This document shows positions 48,201-58,021 of a DNA stretch of 64,000 nt, in pieces; within the stretch, counting starts at the first letter, position 1, and the number at the start of each line of letters is the position of its first letter. The notes beneath the pieces are model-generated. The model saw only the letters and a list, made by a program, of their open reading frames with translations, searched no databases and was not told the DNA's origin. A program made the translations under genes and the position numbers. Origin of the DNA: an uncultured Acidobacteriota bacterium (lineage in GTDB: Bacteria; Acidobacteriota; Terriglobia; Acidiferrales; UBA7541); assembly GCA_963718785.1 (NCBI GenBank), contig CAVQZW010000007.1, forward strand, positions 3,303-67,302, read 5' to 3'.

Positions 48201-50286
48201 CGTTTCTCTCCAAAACCGACACCTCGCCGCCAACACTGGCCAACGATGGATTTGCGGCAAGCGAATAGTCCTTTTGCGCCTTCGCGTAATTCACAAAAAA
48301 TTCGAGCGAGTCCGGATTGGCCATGGCATTGCGGTTGGCGGCTCGTTCTAGCGGCACGCCCATCAAAATCTTGCGCACCGGTACTTCCATTTTCTTGCGC
48401 GTGAGCGTCATGGGAATTCCCGGCGCTTGGATGATCCGGTCCGGCACATGCCGCGCCGTATATTCGTGCCTGAGCCGCTCGCAGATTTTCTGCTCAAGCT
48501 CCGCACTTAACTGGATCCCGTCCATTAGCTTTACAAATAGCGGCATAAAGAACTTGCCGCCCGGCAAATCGAGATTCACAACCAATGCGTCTTCGACTTC
48601 ATGGACGTGCGCAATGGCCCGGTAAATTTCCGCGGTGCCGATACGCACTCCCAGACGGTTCAGCGTCGCATCCGATCTTCCCAGCACGAAGCAACCGCCG
48701 CGCTCGTTGACGCGGAAGAAATCGCCATGCCTCCACACCCCGGGATAGACATCGAAATAAGATTCGCGATAACGCGATCCATCCTTGTCTCCCCAAAAGT
48801 AGATGGGCATCGAAGGCAAAGGCTCGGTTAGCACGAGTTCCCCCACCTCGTCTACCACGCTCTCGCCCTTCTCGTTGAACGCATACGCCGCCACACCCAG
48901 CGAGCGCCCCTGTATCTCCCCTGCATACACGGGCTGCGTCGGCACGCCGCCAACAAACCCGGTGCAGCAATCCGTACCGCCACTGCCCGTTGCAACCAGC
49001 AAATCCTGTTTTACGTTCCGATAGAACCACGCCGTGCACTCTGGCGACACCGGCGAACCCGCGGGCATGACCGCTCGAAGATGCGACAAATCGAACCTCT
49101 CACGCGGAACGATGCCAGCCTTGGCCATTACTTCGACGTACGCTGGACTCGCGCCGAAGAAACTCGCCTTCGAATCCTGAGCGACCTTCCAGAGCACATC
49201 CGGCGCCGGATAAGCGGGGTTCCCGTCGTACAGAACCGGGCACACACCGCTCAGCGGCATGCTCGCCAGAAAATTCCACATCATCCATCCCGAAGTCGTG
49301 AAGAAAAACGCGCGCTCCCCCGCGCGGTAGTCCATATGAAAATGCTGCAGCTTGAGTTGTTCCAACAAAATGCCGCCGTGACTCTGCACAATCGCCTTCG
49401 GCAAACCGGTCGTGCCCGAAGAAAACAGCACCCACAGCGGGTGGCCAAACGGGACCTGGTCGAAGTGGAATTCCTCGCGCGAAACGCCGGCATGTTCCAT
49501 CAAATCGTTCCAACGCAGCGCCCCCTCGCGCGGAAACGTGTGATCCTCGGCATTCAAATAGGGCACGTGGACGACATGTTCGAGACCATCCAGCGCCGCA
49601 ATGATTTCTCCGAGCTCCTCTTTTCGGTCGAATGCCTTTCCGCCGTATCTGTAGCCGTCGACGCAGAAAAGTACTTTCGGCGAAAGCTGTTGTATCCGGT
49701 CGATCACACCGCTCGAACCAAAGTCCGGCGAGCAACACGCCCAGATTGCGCCAATCGCAGTCGTGGCCAGCATCGCGATCATTGTCTGAGGAATATTCGG
49801 CATGAACGCCACGACCCGGTCGCCGGGCCGCACACCCAATTCGCGCAGCCGCGTCGCCAAAATACGTACATGTCCGCCAAACGCTTCCCACGGCAAGCCG
49901 GTCAGCGGCGCAGTCTCACTCATGAACAAAAGCGCGTCGGTGCCCGCCCGCTCGTTTCGTAGAACGTGTTGCGCATAGTTGAGCCGCGCGCCAGGAAACC
50001 ATTCCGCCCCCGGCATCTCGCGCTTGCCCAGCACACGAGTGTGCGGCGCGGACGACTCAATGCCGAAGTAGTCCCAAATCGCCTGCCAAAATTCTTCCAA
50101 TTCGGTGACGGACCAACGCCACAGCGAGTCGTAATTTGCGAAATACAATCCCCTCTCGCGCACCAGCCACTTCGCAAACCGCGTTAAGTTTGCATCTTCA
50201 ATCTGGGCGGCACTCGGCGTCCAGAGTAGTTCGCCTTCGCGAACGCCACGAGTCCCCGCCAGTATCTCGGCTGCGCTCTTCGTCAT
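48190..50286 (-). CDS. Acetoacetate-CoA ligase-family acyl-CoA synthetase (HpeE-equivalent by position)
   Basis: FPGARLNYA, LFSSGTTGLPK, TTSGWMMWNF, SGGTD, WRHGD, GRSDATLN, KKMEVPV. Confidence 0.92.
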   Translation of the reverse strand: MTKSAAEILAGTRGVREGELLWTPSAAQIEDANLTRFAKWLVRERGLYFANYDSLWRWSVTELEEFWQAIWDYFGIESSAPHTRVLGKREMPGAEWFPGARLNYAQHVLRNERAGTDALLFMSETAPLTGLPWEAFGGHVRILATRLRELGVRPGDRVVAFMPNIPQTMIAMLATTAIGAIWACCSPDFGSSGVIDRIQQLSPKVLFCVDGYRYGGKAFDRKEELGEIIAALDGLEHVVHVPYLNAEDHTFPREGALRWNDLMEHAGVSREEFHFDQVPFGHPLWVLFSSGTTGLPKAIVQSHGGILLEQLKLQHFHMDYRAGERAFFFTTSGWMMWNFLASMPLSGVCPVLYDGNPAYPAPDVLWKVAQDSKASFFGASPAYVEVMAKAGIVPRERFDLSHLRAVMPAGSPVSPECTAWFYRNVKQDLLVATGSGGTDCCTGFVGGVPTQPVYAGEIQGRSLGVAAYAFNEKGESVVDEVGELVLTEPLPSMPIYFWGDKDGSRYRESYFDVYPGVWRHGDFFRVNERGGCFVLGRSDATLNRLGVRIGTAEIYRAIAHVHEVEDALVVNLDLPGGKFFMPLFVKLMDGIQLSAELEQKICERLRHEYTARHVPDRIIQAPGIPMTLTRKKMEVPVRKILMGVPLERAANRNAMANPDSLEFFVNYAKAQKDYSLAANPSLASVGGEVSVLERNDGR

Positions 50287-50626
50287 CCGTTCAGTTCCCT
50301 GCGTTTCGGAATGTCGTCCGATATTGACGCCACAATTCTGCTCCGATGCAATTTCGCATGTGGGCGTTTATCGATTGCTTCCCGCCATCCGCGTCTGCTA
50401 TGTCAAGCGAACGCATTGTGTGTTCGCCGAAGCGGGTTGTCAATCCAGTCGCCGCGTTGACAAGCCCCTGCCGCTAGTCTTAAATGTCCACCGTGAACGT
50501 TCACGATAAGCGATACCGCACCTTTTTTGCCGCGGTTCTGGAAGCAGTTCTCGCCTGACCAGGTCGCGTTCGAGAATCGTGTTTCGGTGAAGTCACACGC
50601 AATTCTTAGTCTAGAAGGGGGGCTTT

Positions 50627-52144
50627 ATTCCTATCCTCGGCATCGACGTCGGCACCAGCGGAACCCGCGCGGTTATCCTCGACGGAAGCGGCACGGTCCT
50701 CGCCTCGGGCACCGAAGAACACGCACAGTTCGCCAGCCCGCAGCCAGGCTGGGCAGAGCAAGATCCCCGCGACTGGTGGCGTGCGGCGGCCCTCGCGGTT
50801 CGCAAAGCGCTTCATGCCTCCGGCCTCGCCGCCGATGCCATCGCCGCCGTCGGTTTCTCCGGCCAGATGCATGGCGCTGTCCTGCTCGATGAGAAAGACG
50901 AGGTCATCCGCCCTGCCCTCATCTGGTGTGATCAACGCACCGAAGCGCAATCCAAAGAACTCGAGCGCACTATCGGCCTCGACCGCCTTATCCAACTGAC
51001 CTGCAATCCCCCACTCACAAACTTCACGCTCACTAAACTTCTTTGGGTCCGCGAACACGAGCCGCAAAATTGGCAGTGCGTCCGCAAAATTATGCTGCCT
51101 AAGGACTACGTCCGTCTGCGCCTCACGGGCGAATCCGCCATCGATGTCGCCGACGCTTCCGGCACGCTGCTCCTCGATGTAACGCACCGCATCTGGTCAA
51201 GCGAAGTCCTCAACAAAACCGGCATCGACGTGAACCTTCTCCCCAAGCTTTACGAATCCCAGGAAATTTGCGGCAACCTTTCTGCAGCAGGAGCGGAAGC
51301 AACCGGATTGCGAGCAGGAACTCCAGTCGTAGCCGGCGCAGGCGATCAAGCTGCCGGTGCTGTCGGTATGGGCATCACGCGCGCGGGAGTCGTCAGCGCC
51401 ACGATCGGAACTTCCGGCGTGGTTTTTGCGGCCACCGATCGCCCTTCGCTTGATCCCAAAGGCCGCCTCCACACTTTCTGTCACGCCATTCCCGGCCGCT
51501 GGCACGTCATGGGTGTAACGCAATCCGCCGGCTTGTCTCTTCGCTGGTTCCGCGATCGCTTTGGCGCTGGCCCTGACGACGGCCGCGATCCGTATGAACG
51601 AATGTCCGCCGAAGCCGCAACCGTTCCGGCTGGATCCGAAGGCGCGTTCTGGGCGCCCTACTTGATGGGGGAACGAACGCCACATCTCGATCCGTTCGCA
51701 CGCGCCGCCTTCGTCGGCCTCTCCGCTTCGCACACTCGCGCGCATCTGATCCGCGCGGTTCTCGAAGGCGTGGCCTACAGCCTGAAAGACACTTTTAGCA
51801 TTTTTAACGAAATCTACGTCCCCGTGGAACGCATCCGCCTCGGCGGAGGAGGCGCCCGCTCGCCACTCTGGCAACAGATTCAAGCGGATGTCTATGCACA
51901 CGAAGTGGAAATTCTGAAAGCGGAAGAAGGCGCAGCCTACGGCGCGGCAATCCTTGCGGGCGTGGGTTCAGGTGTTTGGAAGAGTGTCGATGAAGCTTGC
52001 GACGCCACGGTCAACGTTGCGAAACGCGTTAGCGCCAGCAAAGAAAACAGTGCTGCTATGCAGCGCAGCTACAAAACCTACCGCCGGATCTATCCGGCGT
52101 TACATTGTATTTTTGCTGAGAATCAATCTTCGTCTGCTCACTAA
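50627..52144 (+). CDS. xylB: Xylulokinase (apparent ATT start)
   Basis: ILGIDVGTSG, EQDPRDWW, GFSGQMHG, GAGDQAAGA, GTSGV, PYLMGERTPH, LGGGGARS. Confidence 0.9.
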   Translation: MPILGIDVGTSGTRAVILDGSGTVLASGTEEHAQFASPQPGWAEQDPRDWWRAAALAVRKALHASGLAADAIAAVGFSGQMHGAVLLDEKDEVIRPALIWCDQRTEAQSKELERTIGLDRLIQLTCNPPLTNFTLTKLLWVREHEPQNWQCVRKIMLPKDYVRLRLTGESAIDVADASGTLLLDVTHRIWSSEVLNKTGIDVNLLPKLYESQEICGNLSAAGAEATGLRAGTPVVAGAGDQAAGAVGMGITRAGVVSATIGTSGVVFAATDRPSLDPKGRLHTFCHAIPGRWHVMGVTQSAGLSLRWFRDRFGAGPDDGRDPYERMSAEAATVPAGSEGAFWAPYLMGERTPHLDPFARAAFVGLSASHTRAHLIRAVLEGVAYSLKDTFSIFNEIYVPVERIRLGGGGARSPLWQQIQADVYAHEVEILKAEEGAAYGAAILAGVGSGVWKSVDEACDATVNVAKRVSASKENSAAMQRSYKTYRRIYPALHCIFAENQSSSAH

Positions 52145-52190
52145 GCGGCAAAATTCATCTGGGTAAGCCCGTTCCACGGAGGCAACCGCC

Positions 52191-52403
52191 CTAGGCTTTT
52201 TTCTGCCCCGGCTTAAAGAAGTAGCAGTACGCCGCTCCGATCAGGGTCATCAGCGCGCCCCACCAAATGCCAGCGTGCAAATCGAACAATTGCACGCGCC
52301 CTTCAAGGGCTGGTGGATGCCAATATTCGTACAGGCCAGCGCCAAAAATCAGCAATCCATTCACGAGCAACGATATCCCGATAAAAAACCAAATGGAAAC
52401 CAT
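52191..52403 (-). CDS. Small two-TM protein downstream of the SSS transporter
   Basis: MVSIWFFIG...LHAGIWWG; starts 24 nt after the SSS stop. Confidence 0.75.
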   Translation of the reverse strand: MVSIWFFIGISLLVNGLLIFGAGLYEYWHPPALEGRVQLFDLHAGIWWGALMTLIGAAYCYFFKPGQKKA

Positions 52404-52427
52404 GCCTCAGACCTCCAGCTGCAGGAA

Positions 52428-54131
52428 CTACCAGAAAATGATATTCAGAACAAAAAACACGGCTCCAACCACACCCGCCCAAAAAATCGGCTTCTGATAA
52501 ACAGGAATATTTCCGACAGATGGCACCGGCGTCAATCCGTAAACCAAGCCAGTGAGTTCCTCCGAAGTCTTGGGCTTCGTCGCCAGACTCACCACTACCG
52601 TCACAATGACGCAAACAATAAACGACCACAGCGCCTGAAACATATCCTGCGCCAGGGCTTTGGCATTCGGCGAGAGCGCCACATATCGCAAAGCCGACGG
52701 ATCAACTTTCACCCAAGCCCACATCCCGATGGAAGACAAAGTTCCGCAGAGCAATCCCAGGAAACCGCCCGCTCCCGTCGCCCGCTTCCAAAGCATGCCG
52801 AGAATCACCGTTCCGAAAAGCGGTGCGATGAAAAAGCTGAACAAGGCTTGGACATAATCCATGATGCTGGCAAACTGCATCACCAAATACGCGGTACCGA
52901 CACTGATCAACACGCCGATTACCGTCGTCCAGCGGCCCATGTTTACATAGTGATGGTCCGTGCCTTTGCTGTTGATCAGTGGCCGGTAGATGTCATACGT
53001 CCACACCGTCGTAAAGGCGCTCACATTTCCCGCCATTCCCGACATGAAGCCCGCGATCAGCGCGGTAATACCAAGGCCAAGTAAACCGGGCCCGCAATAG
53101 CGCGCCAGCATTAATGGAAGCACGTCGTTGTAGCTGTGCGCCCCCGTAACCGCCGCCACAGATTCAGGCTCGAGTTTCATCGGCAGCACTGCCAATCCCA
53201 GCAGTCCCGGCAAAATCACGATGAGCGGAACAAACATCTTGAATCCCGCTCCGATGATGGGGGCCAACTCCGCGCTGCGAATATCCTTCGCCGCCAGGAT
53301 GCGCTGCACGACCAGAAAATCCGTCGTCCAGTATCCCATCGAGATGACCGCCGCTAACCCGAACACAATGCCAGCCCAATTGATCCCCATCGGGTTGTTT
53401 GTAAAGGAGCCCAAGCCGGACCACATGTGAACGTATTGCTCCGATGCCCGGTGTGCAATCTGCAGTTTGAGATTAGCCCAGCCACCCGCTTCGTACAGGC
53501 CAAGAATGGGAATTAACAGCGCCCCAGCCCAAATCAAGAAGAACTGCAGCACTTCATTGAAAATGGCGGACCGCAATCCGCCAAGCGTCACGTAGACCGC
53601 CACCGTCAGCGACGAAACCCAGATGCTGAAATTGATGTCCCAGCCAAGAACAATCTGCATGACCTTGGCCATCGCGAACATGTTCACGCCGCTCATCAGC
53701 ACAGTCATGAACGCAAACGATACCGCCGAGACCGCCCGCGCAGGTTCTCCGAAACGCAATTTCAAATATCCCGGCACGGAGTGCGTTTTTGAAATGTAGT
53801 AGAACGGCATCATCACCAGCGCGAGAAACAGCATCGCCGGAATCGCGCCAATCCAATACCAGTGCGTCGCCAGAATTCCGTACTGATACGCCGAACCCGC
53901 CCAGCCCATCAATTCCAGCGCGCCGAGATTCGCCGAAAGAAAGCTCAGCCCTGCCACCCAAGCCGTCATTTCGCGCCCGGCCATGAAAAAATCTTCGCCT
54001 GTATTCGCGCGCCCGCGCAGGTAGAATCCAATCGCCAGCACCAGCGCGAAGTAAAAGACAACGATGACGACGTCTACTGAAGAGAGATGAACGAGCCGAG
54101 TAGGCACTGCAAACGCGTAGGGAATCGTCAT
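52428..54131 (-). CDS. Sodium:solute symporter (sugar-type)
   Basis: EDFFMAGR, LSANLGALE, TLGGLRS, VVQRILAA, GMLWKR. Confidence 0.93.
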   Translation of the reverse strand: MTIPYAFAVPTRLVHLSSVDVVIVVFYFALVLAIGFYLRGRANTGEDFFMAGREMTAWVAGLSFLSANLGALELMGWAGSAYQYGILATHWYWIGAIPAMLFLALVMMPFYYISKTHSVPGYLKLRFGEPARAVSAVSFAFMTVLMSGVNMFAMAKVMQIVLGWDINFSIWVSSLTVAVYVTLGGLRSAIFNEVLQFFLIWAGALLIPILGLYEAGGWANLKLQIAHRASEQYVHMWSGLGSFTNNPMGINWAGIVFGLAAVISMGYWTTDFLVVQRILAAKDIRSAELAPIIGAGFKMFVPLIVILPGLLGLAVLPMKLEPESVAAVTGAHSYNDVLPLMLARYCGPGLLGLGITALIAGFMSGMAGNVSAFTTVWTYDIYRPLINSKGTDHHYVNMGRWTTVIGVLISVGTAYLVMQFASIMDYVQALFSFFIAPLFGTVILGMLWKRATGAGGFLGLLCGTLSSIGMWAWVKVDPSALRYVALSPNAKALAQDMFQALWSFIVCVIVTVVVSLATKPKTSEELTGLVYGLTPVPSVGNIPVYQKPIFWAGVVGAVFFVLNIIFW

Positions 54132-54217
54132 AAAATCCCGAAGGTCTTCTCCTCTGCGTGCATCTTACGAGTCCAGCAATCCACAAGGTCCCAAGCGAAA
54201 AAAATCCCAGATCCGCG

Positions 54218-55366
54218 TCACTTCGCCGAAAATTTGTAAATCGTCTCCGTGTGATACTTCATTCCTGGCTTCAGGAGGGTTGACGGAAAATTCGGCTGGT
54301 TCGGCGAATCCGGAAAGTGCTGTGTCTCCAGGCACAGCGCCCCATACTTCGGATAGGCAATGCCGCCTTTCCCCACGATGCTCCCGTTCAACCCAATGGC
54401 CGAGTAGAACTGTACTCCTGGCTCCGTCGTCCATACTTCCATCTGCCTGCCTGTCGTGGGCTCCGTTACCCGCGCGGCGATCCGCATCTTCCCCGCCGCT
54501 CCATTCAAAACAAAATTGTGGTCGTAGCCGCCGATATCCTTGATCTCCGCGATCCGCGCGCCGATTTCCATAGGCTTGCGGAAATCCAGCGGCGTGCCTT
54601 CGACACTTGCAATCTCCCCCGTCGGAATCAGCGTGGAATCCACCGGCGTGTACTTGTCCGCATTCAAATAAAGCACATGCTTAAGCACATCCCCCGACCC
54701 CGCCAGATTGAAGTAGCTGTGATTCGTCAAATTCACGACCGTATCTTTGTCCGTGGTAGCCGTATATTCGAGCTTGAACTCATTTGTATTCGTCAGCGTG
54801 TACGTAACCGTCGCTGTCAGATTCCCGGGAAAGTTCTCCTCCATATCCTTACTCAAGTACGTAAACCGCACCGCCGCCCCGTCCTTCACTTCCACCGTCT
54901 CACCTTTCCATACTCTCCGGTCAAATCCCGTAGGCCCGCCATGCAAATTGTTTGGCGCATTGTTGATCGCCAGTTGGTATTCCTTCCCATCCACTACCAG
55001 CTTCCCTTTCGCGATGCGGTTGCCGTACCGTCCAATCGCTCCGCCAAAGTGTGGATGATTCCCCAAATACCCCGCGAGGTTGTCGAATCCCAGCACCACG
55101 TCGCCCATCTTCCCGTTCTTGTCGGGCACATGTAACTCAGCCACTGTAGCCCCATACGTAATCAGCTTCGCCGAAGCCCCCTGCGAGTTGTACAGGGTAT
55201 ACGCTTCAATCTCCACTCCTTCCGGGGTCTTTCCGAACGACGCCTTCTCCACATGCGCACCCTTTTTGGGAGCCGATTGCCCGCCTCCCGCCGTTGATGA
55301 CGACGCGAACTCCGGTCCCAAAGCCATCAAGAACGCCAGCATGCAGATTCCCCCTCGGAGTACCAT
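54218..55366 (-). CDS. galM: Aldose 1-epimerase with a signal-like N-terminal extension
   Basis: IGRYGNRI, NNLHGG, NLTNHSYFNL, GYDHNF, CLETQHFPDSPN. Confidence 0.93.
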   Translation of the reverse strand: MVLRGGICMLAFLMALGPEFASSSTAGGGQSAPKKGAHVEKASFGKTPEGVEIEAYTLYNSQGASAKLITYGATVAELHVPDKNGKMGDVVLGFDNLAGYLGNHPHFGGAIGRYGNRIAKGKLVVDGKEYQLAINNAPNNLHGGPTGFDRRVWKGETVEVKDGAAVRFTYLSKDMEENFPGNLTATVTYTLTNTNEFKLEYTATTDKDTVVNLTNHSYFNLAGSGDVLKHVLYLNADKYTPVDSTLIPTGEIASVEGTPLDFRKPMEIGARIAEIKDIGGYDHNFVLNGAAGKMRIAARVTEPTTGRQMEVWTTEPGVQFYSAIGLNGSIVGKGGIAYPKYGALCLETQHFPDSPNQPNFPSTLLKPGMKYHTETIYKFSAK

Positions 55367-55602
55367 TCCAGCCCTCCTCCGCACTCAACCCAGCTTGGAT
55401 GCATTCATTCTGCCCCACGCCTTGTATCACAAAAACTCATCCTTCGCGAATCTTCCCCTTATTTTTCTTAGACTTGCCGATTCCGCGCGCCCGCGCTCTC
55501 CGCCCGCCCGACCTCATAAAGGTCATTGACAACCCTCAACTCACGGTGACAATGTGCCTGCGAGCTTTCGCCTTAAAATATCGTTATCGTACACGGAGTT
55601 CG

Positions 55603-57975
55603 ATGATTTTCATGCGAATTATTTCGTTTTTGCATCCTCGCAAGCACCTCGCGCCCCTTCTGCTCTTAATCTCCCTCCTTGCCACTCCTTCCCTGATGGC
55701 CCAATGGGTGCCTCTCAACCCCGTCCAAGCCGTTGGCACGGAACCCGACGGCGCCGTCTTCGTCCTCAAAACCGGTTTCCTCCGCTTTCAAGTCCGGTCG
55801 GACTCCATCATTCATGTCATCTACTCCCTCGAACGCGAAGTCCCTCAGCATCCCGACAATCTCGTCGTCAAGAAGACTTGGCCCAAAACCAACTTCTCAC
55901 TTCATACCGACGACCCCAAACTCATCACGCTGACCACCTCCAAGTTGAAGATCGAAATCACTCGCGCCGACAGCTCCGTTATTTTCTACGACTCCGCCGG
56001 CCACAAACTCACCCAGGAAAACACGCGCACCCTGACTCCGACCGAAGTCAACGGCGAAAAAACTTACCACTCCGAGCGCTTCGTCAATATGTGGGACACC
56101 CAGGAAGCCTTCTACGGCTTGGGCCAACATCAAGCAGGTGTCTGGAACTATCGTGGGGAATCCGTCGACCTCTCGCAGGACAACACCAACATCTCCATCC
56201 CTCTGCTCCTCTCCAGCAACGGCTACGCCATCTTCTGGAACAACGGCTCCCGCAGCCGCTTCAACAACCGCTTCGTCCATGCCTTTTACCTAAGCTCCGA
56301 AGTCTCCGACTCGATGGACTACTACTTTTTCTATGGCCCCGACTTCGACCGCCTCATCGCCGACTATCGTGAACTTACCGGCACTGCGCCGCTCTTCGGC
56401 AAGTGGGCCTACGGCTACTGGCAATGCAAGAATCGCTACGACTCGCAGCAGGAGCTACTCGCCATCGCGCAAAAATATCGCGATCTGCATATCCCGCTCG
56501 ACAACATCGTCCAGGACTGGTTTTGGTGGAACACCATGGGCGAGCCTGTCTTCAACAAAAATTATCCCGATCCCAAAGGCATGGTCGACGGCCTCCACAA
56601 GAACAACGTCCACCTCATGATTTCCGTCTGGCCCTATTTCCGCCCCGGTTCTCCCGTCTACGACGACATGGATAAGCGCGGCTTCTTCATCGACAAAACC
56701 ATCGCTCCCAGCTTTCATCCTGTCGCTCAGGCGCTCTACGATCCCTTTAATCCAGAAGCCCGCAAATACTATTGGAACCTCATGAATAACGCGCTCTTCA
56801 GAATTGGCGCCGACGCCTGGTGGCTCGACACTACGGAAGCCGAAACCGAAGGCCGCGAAACCAACATTCTCGTCACCAACAAAGTAAACGGCGGCGAAAA
56901 TGGCGCGCGTTACGCCAATGAGTTCCCCCTGATGACAACCACAGCCGTCTATCAAGGCCAGCGCGAAGCCTCTGACAAAAAGCGCGTCTTCATTCTCTCG
57001 CGCTCCACATTCGCCGGCGCCCAGCGCAATGCCGCCGCCACCTGGTCAGGCGACGTTGATCCCAATTGGGAAACCTTCCGCCGCCAAATTCCCGCAGGCC
57101 TCAACTATTCCGTCTCCGGCCTTCCTTACTGGACCACCGACATCGGCGGCTTTGTCTCCGCAAATCCCGACGACCCTGCCTATCGCGAACTCTACATTCG
57201 CTGGTTCCAGTTCGGCACCTTCTGCCCCATCTTCCGCGCTCACGGCACGCGTACCACAAATCAAAACGAAATCTGGTCTTACGGCCCCGACGCGCAAAAG
57301 ATCCTCACTTCTTACGACCAACTTCGCTATCGCCTCATGCCTTACATCTATTCCTTAGCATGGAAAACAACCAGCGAGGGCTACACCATCATGCGTCCCC
57401 TCGTCATGGACTTCCGCGAAGACATTCGTGCGCAAAATATCGGCGACCAGTTTCTCTTTGGGCCCGCAATTCTTGTAAACCCCGTCACCGAACCCGGCGC
57501 CAGAGTCCGCCATCTCTATCTACCCGCCGCCATTTGGTACGACTTCTGGAGCGGCGAACAATTCTTAGGCGGTCAAGCTATCAATGCACAAGCATCCATC
57601 GACCGCCTGCCCCTTTTCGTCCGCGCGGGCTCCATTCTTCCCCTCGGCCCCGACGTCGAATTCGCTGCCCAAAAATCCGCCGACCCTATCGAACTCCGCG
57701 TCTATCCCGGTTCCAACGGCGCCTTCACTCTCTACGAAGACGAAAACGATACTTACAATTACGAAAAGGGCGTCCACGCCACGATTCCTTTCTCGTGGGA
57801 TGATGCTTCCCACACCCTCACCATTGGAGATCGCACCGGCTCCTTCCCCGGCATGCTCGAAAAACGCACATTCCGCATTGTCTTCGTAAAGGAAAATCAC
57901 GGCACCGGCGGCGCTCTCACCGCCGCCGACAAAACTGTTGAGTATTCTGGAAAGAAGCTCACGATAACGCCCTGA
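55603..57975 (+). CDS. GH31 glycoside hydrolase, alpha-xylosidase-like
   Basis: Signal-like N-terminus; QDWFWW, WWLDTTE nucleophile, WSGD, YWTTDIGGF, FRAHG, DQFLFG. Confidence 0.9.
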   Translation: MIFMRIISFLHPRKHLAPLLLLISLLATPSLMAQWVPLNPVQAVGTEPDGAVFVLKTGFLRFQVRSDSIIHVIYSLEREVPQHPDNLVVKKTWPKTNFSLHTDDPKLITLTTSKLKIEITRADSSVIFYDSAGHKLTQENTRTLTPTEVNGEKTYHSERFVNMWDTQEAFYGLGQHQAGVWNYRGESVDLSQDNTNISIPLLLSSNGYAIFWNNGSRSRFNNRFVHAFYLSSEVSDSMDYYFFYGPDFDRLIADYRELTGTAPLFGKWAYGYWQCKNRYDSQQELLAIAQKYRDLHIPLDNIVQDWFWWNTMGEPVFNKNYPDPKGMVDGLHKNNVHLMISVWPYFRPGSPVYDDMDKRGFFIDKTIAPSFHPVAQALYDPFNPEARKYYWNLMNNALFRIGADAWWLDTTEAETEGRETNILVTNKVNGGENGARYANEFPLMTTTAVYQGQREASDKKRVFILSRSTFAGAQRNAAATWSGDVDPNWETFRRQIPAGLNYSVSGLPYWTTDIGGFVSANPDDPAYRELYIRWFQFGTFCPIFRAHGTRTTNQNEIWSYGPDAQKILTSYDQLRYRLMPYIYSLAWKTTSEGYTIMRPLVMDFREDIRAQNIGDQFLFGPAILVNPVTEPGARVRHLYLPAAIWYDFWSGEQFLGGQAINAQASIDRLPLFVRAGSILPLGPDVEFAAQKSADPIELRVYPGSNGAFTLYEDENDTYNYEKGVHATIPFSWDDASHTLTIGDRTGSFPGMLEKRTFRIVFVKENHGTGGALTAADKTVEYSGKKLTITP

Positions 57976-58021
57976 TACGGCGGGCCTTGCTTGCCTCCCA
58001 TAAATATGGGAGCATTGCTTT

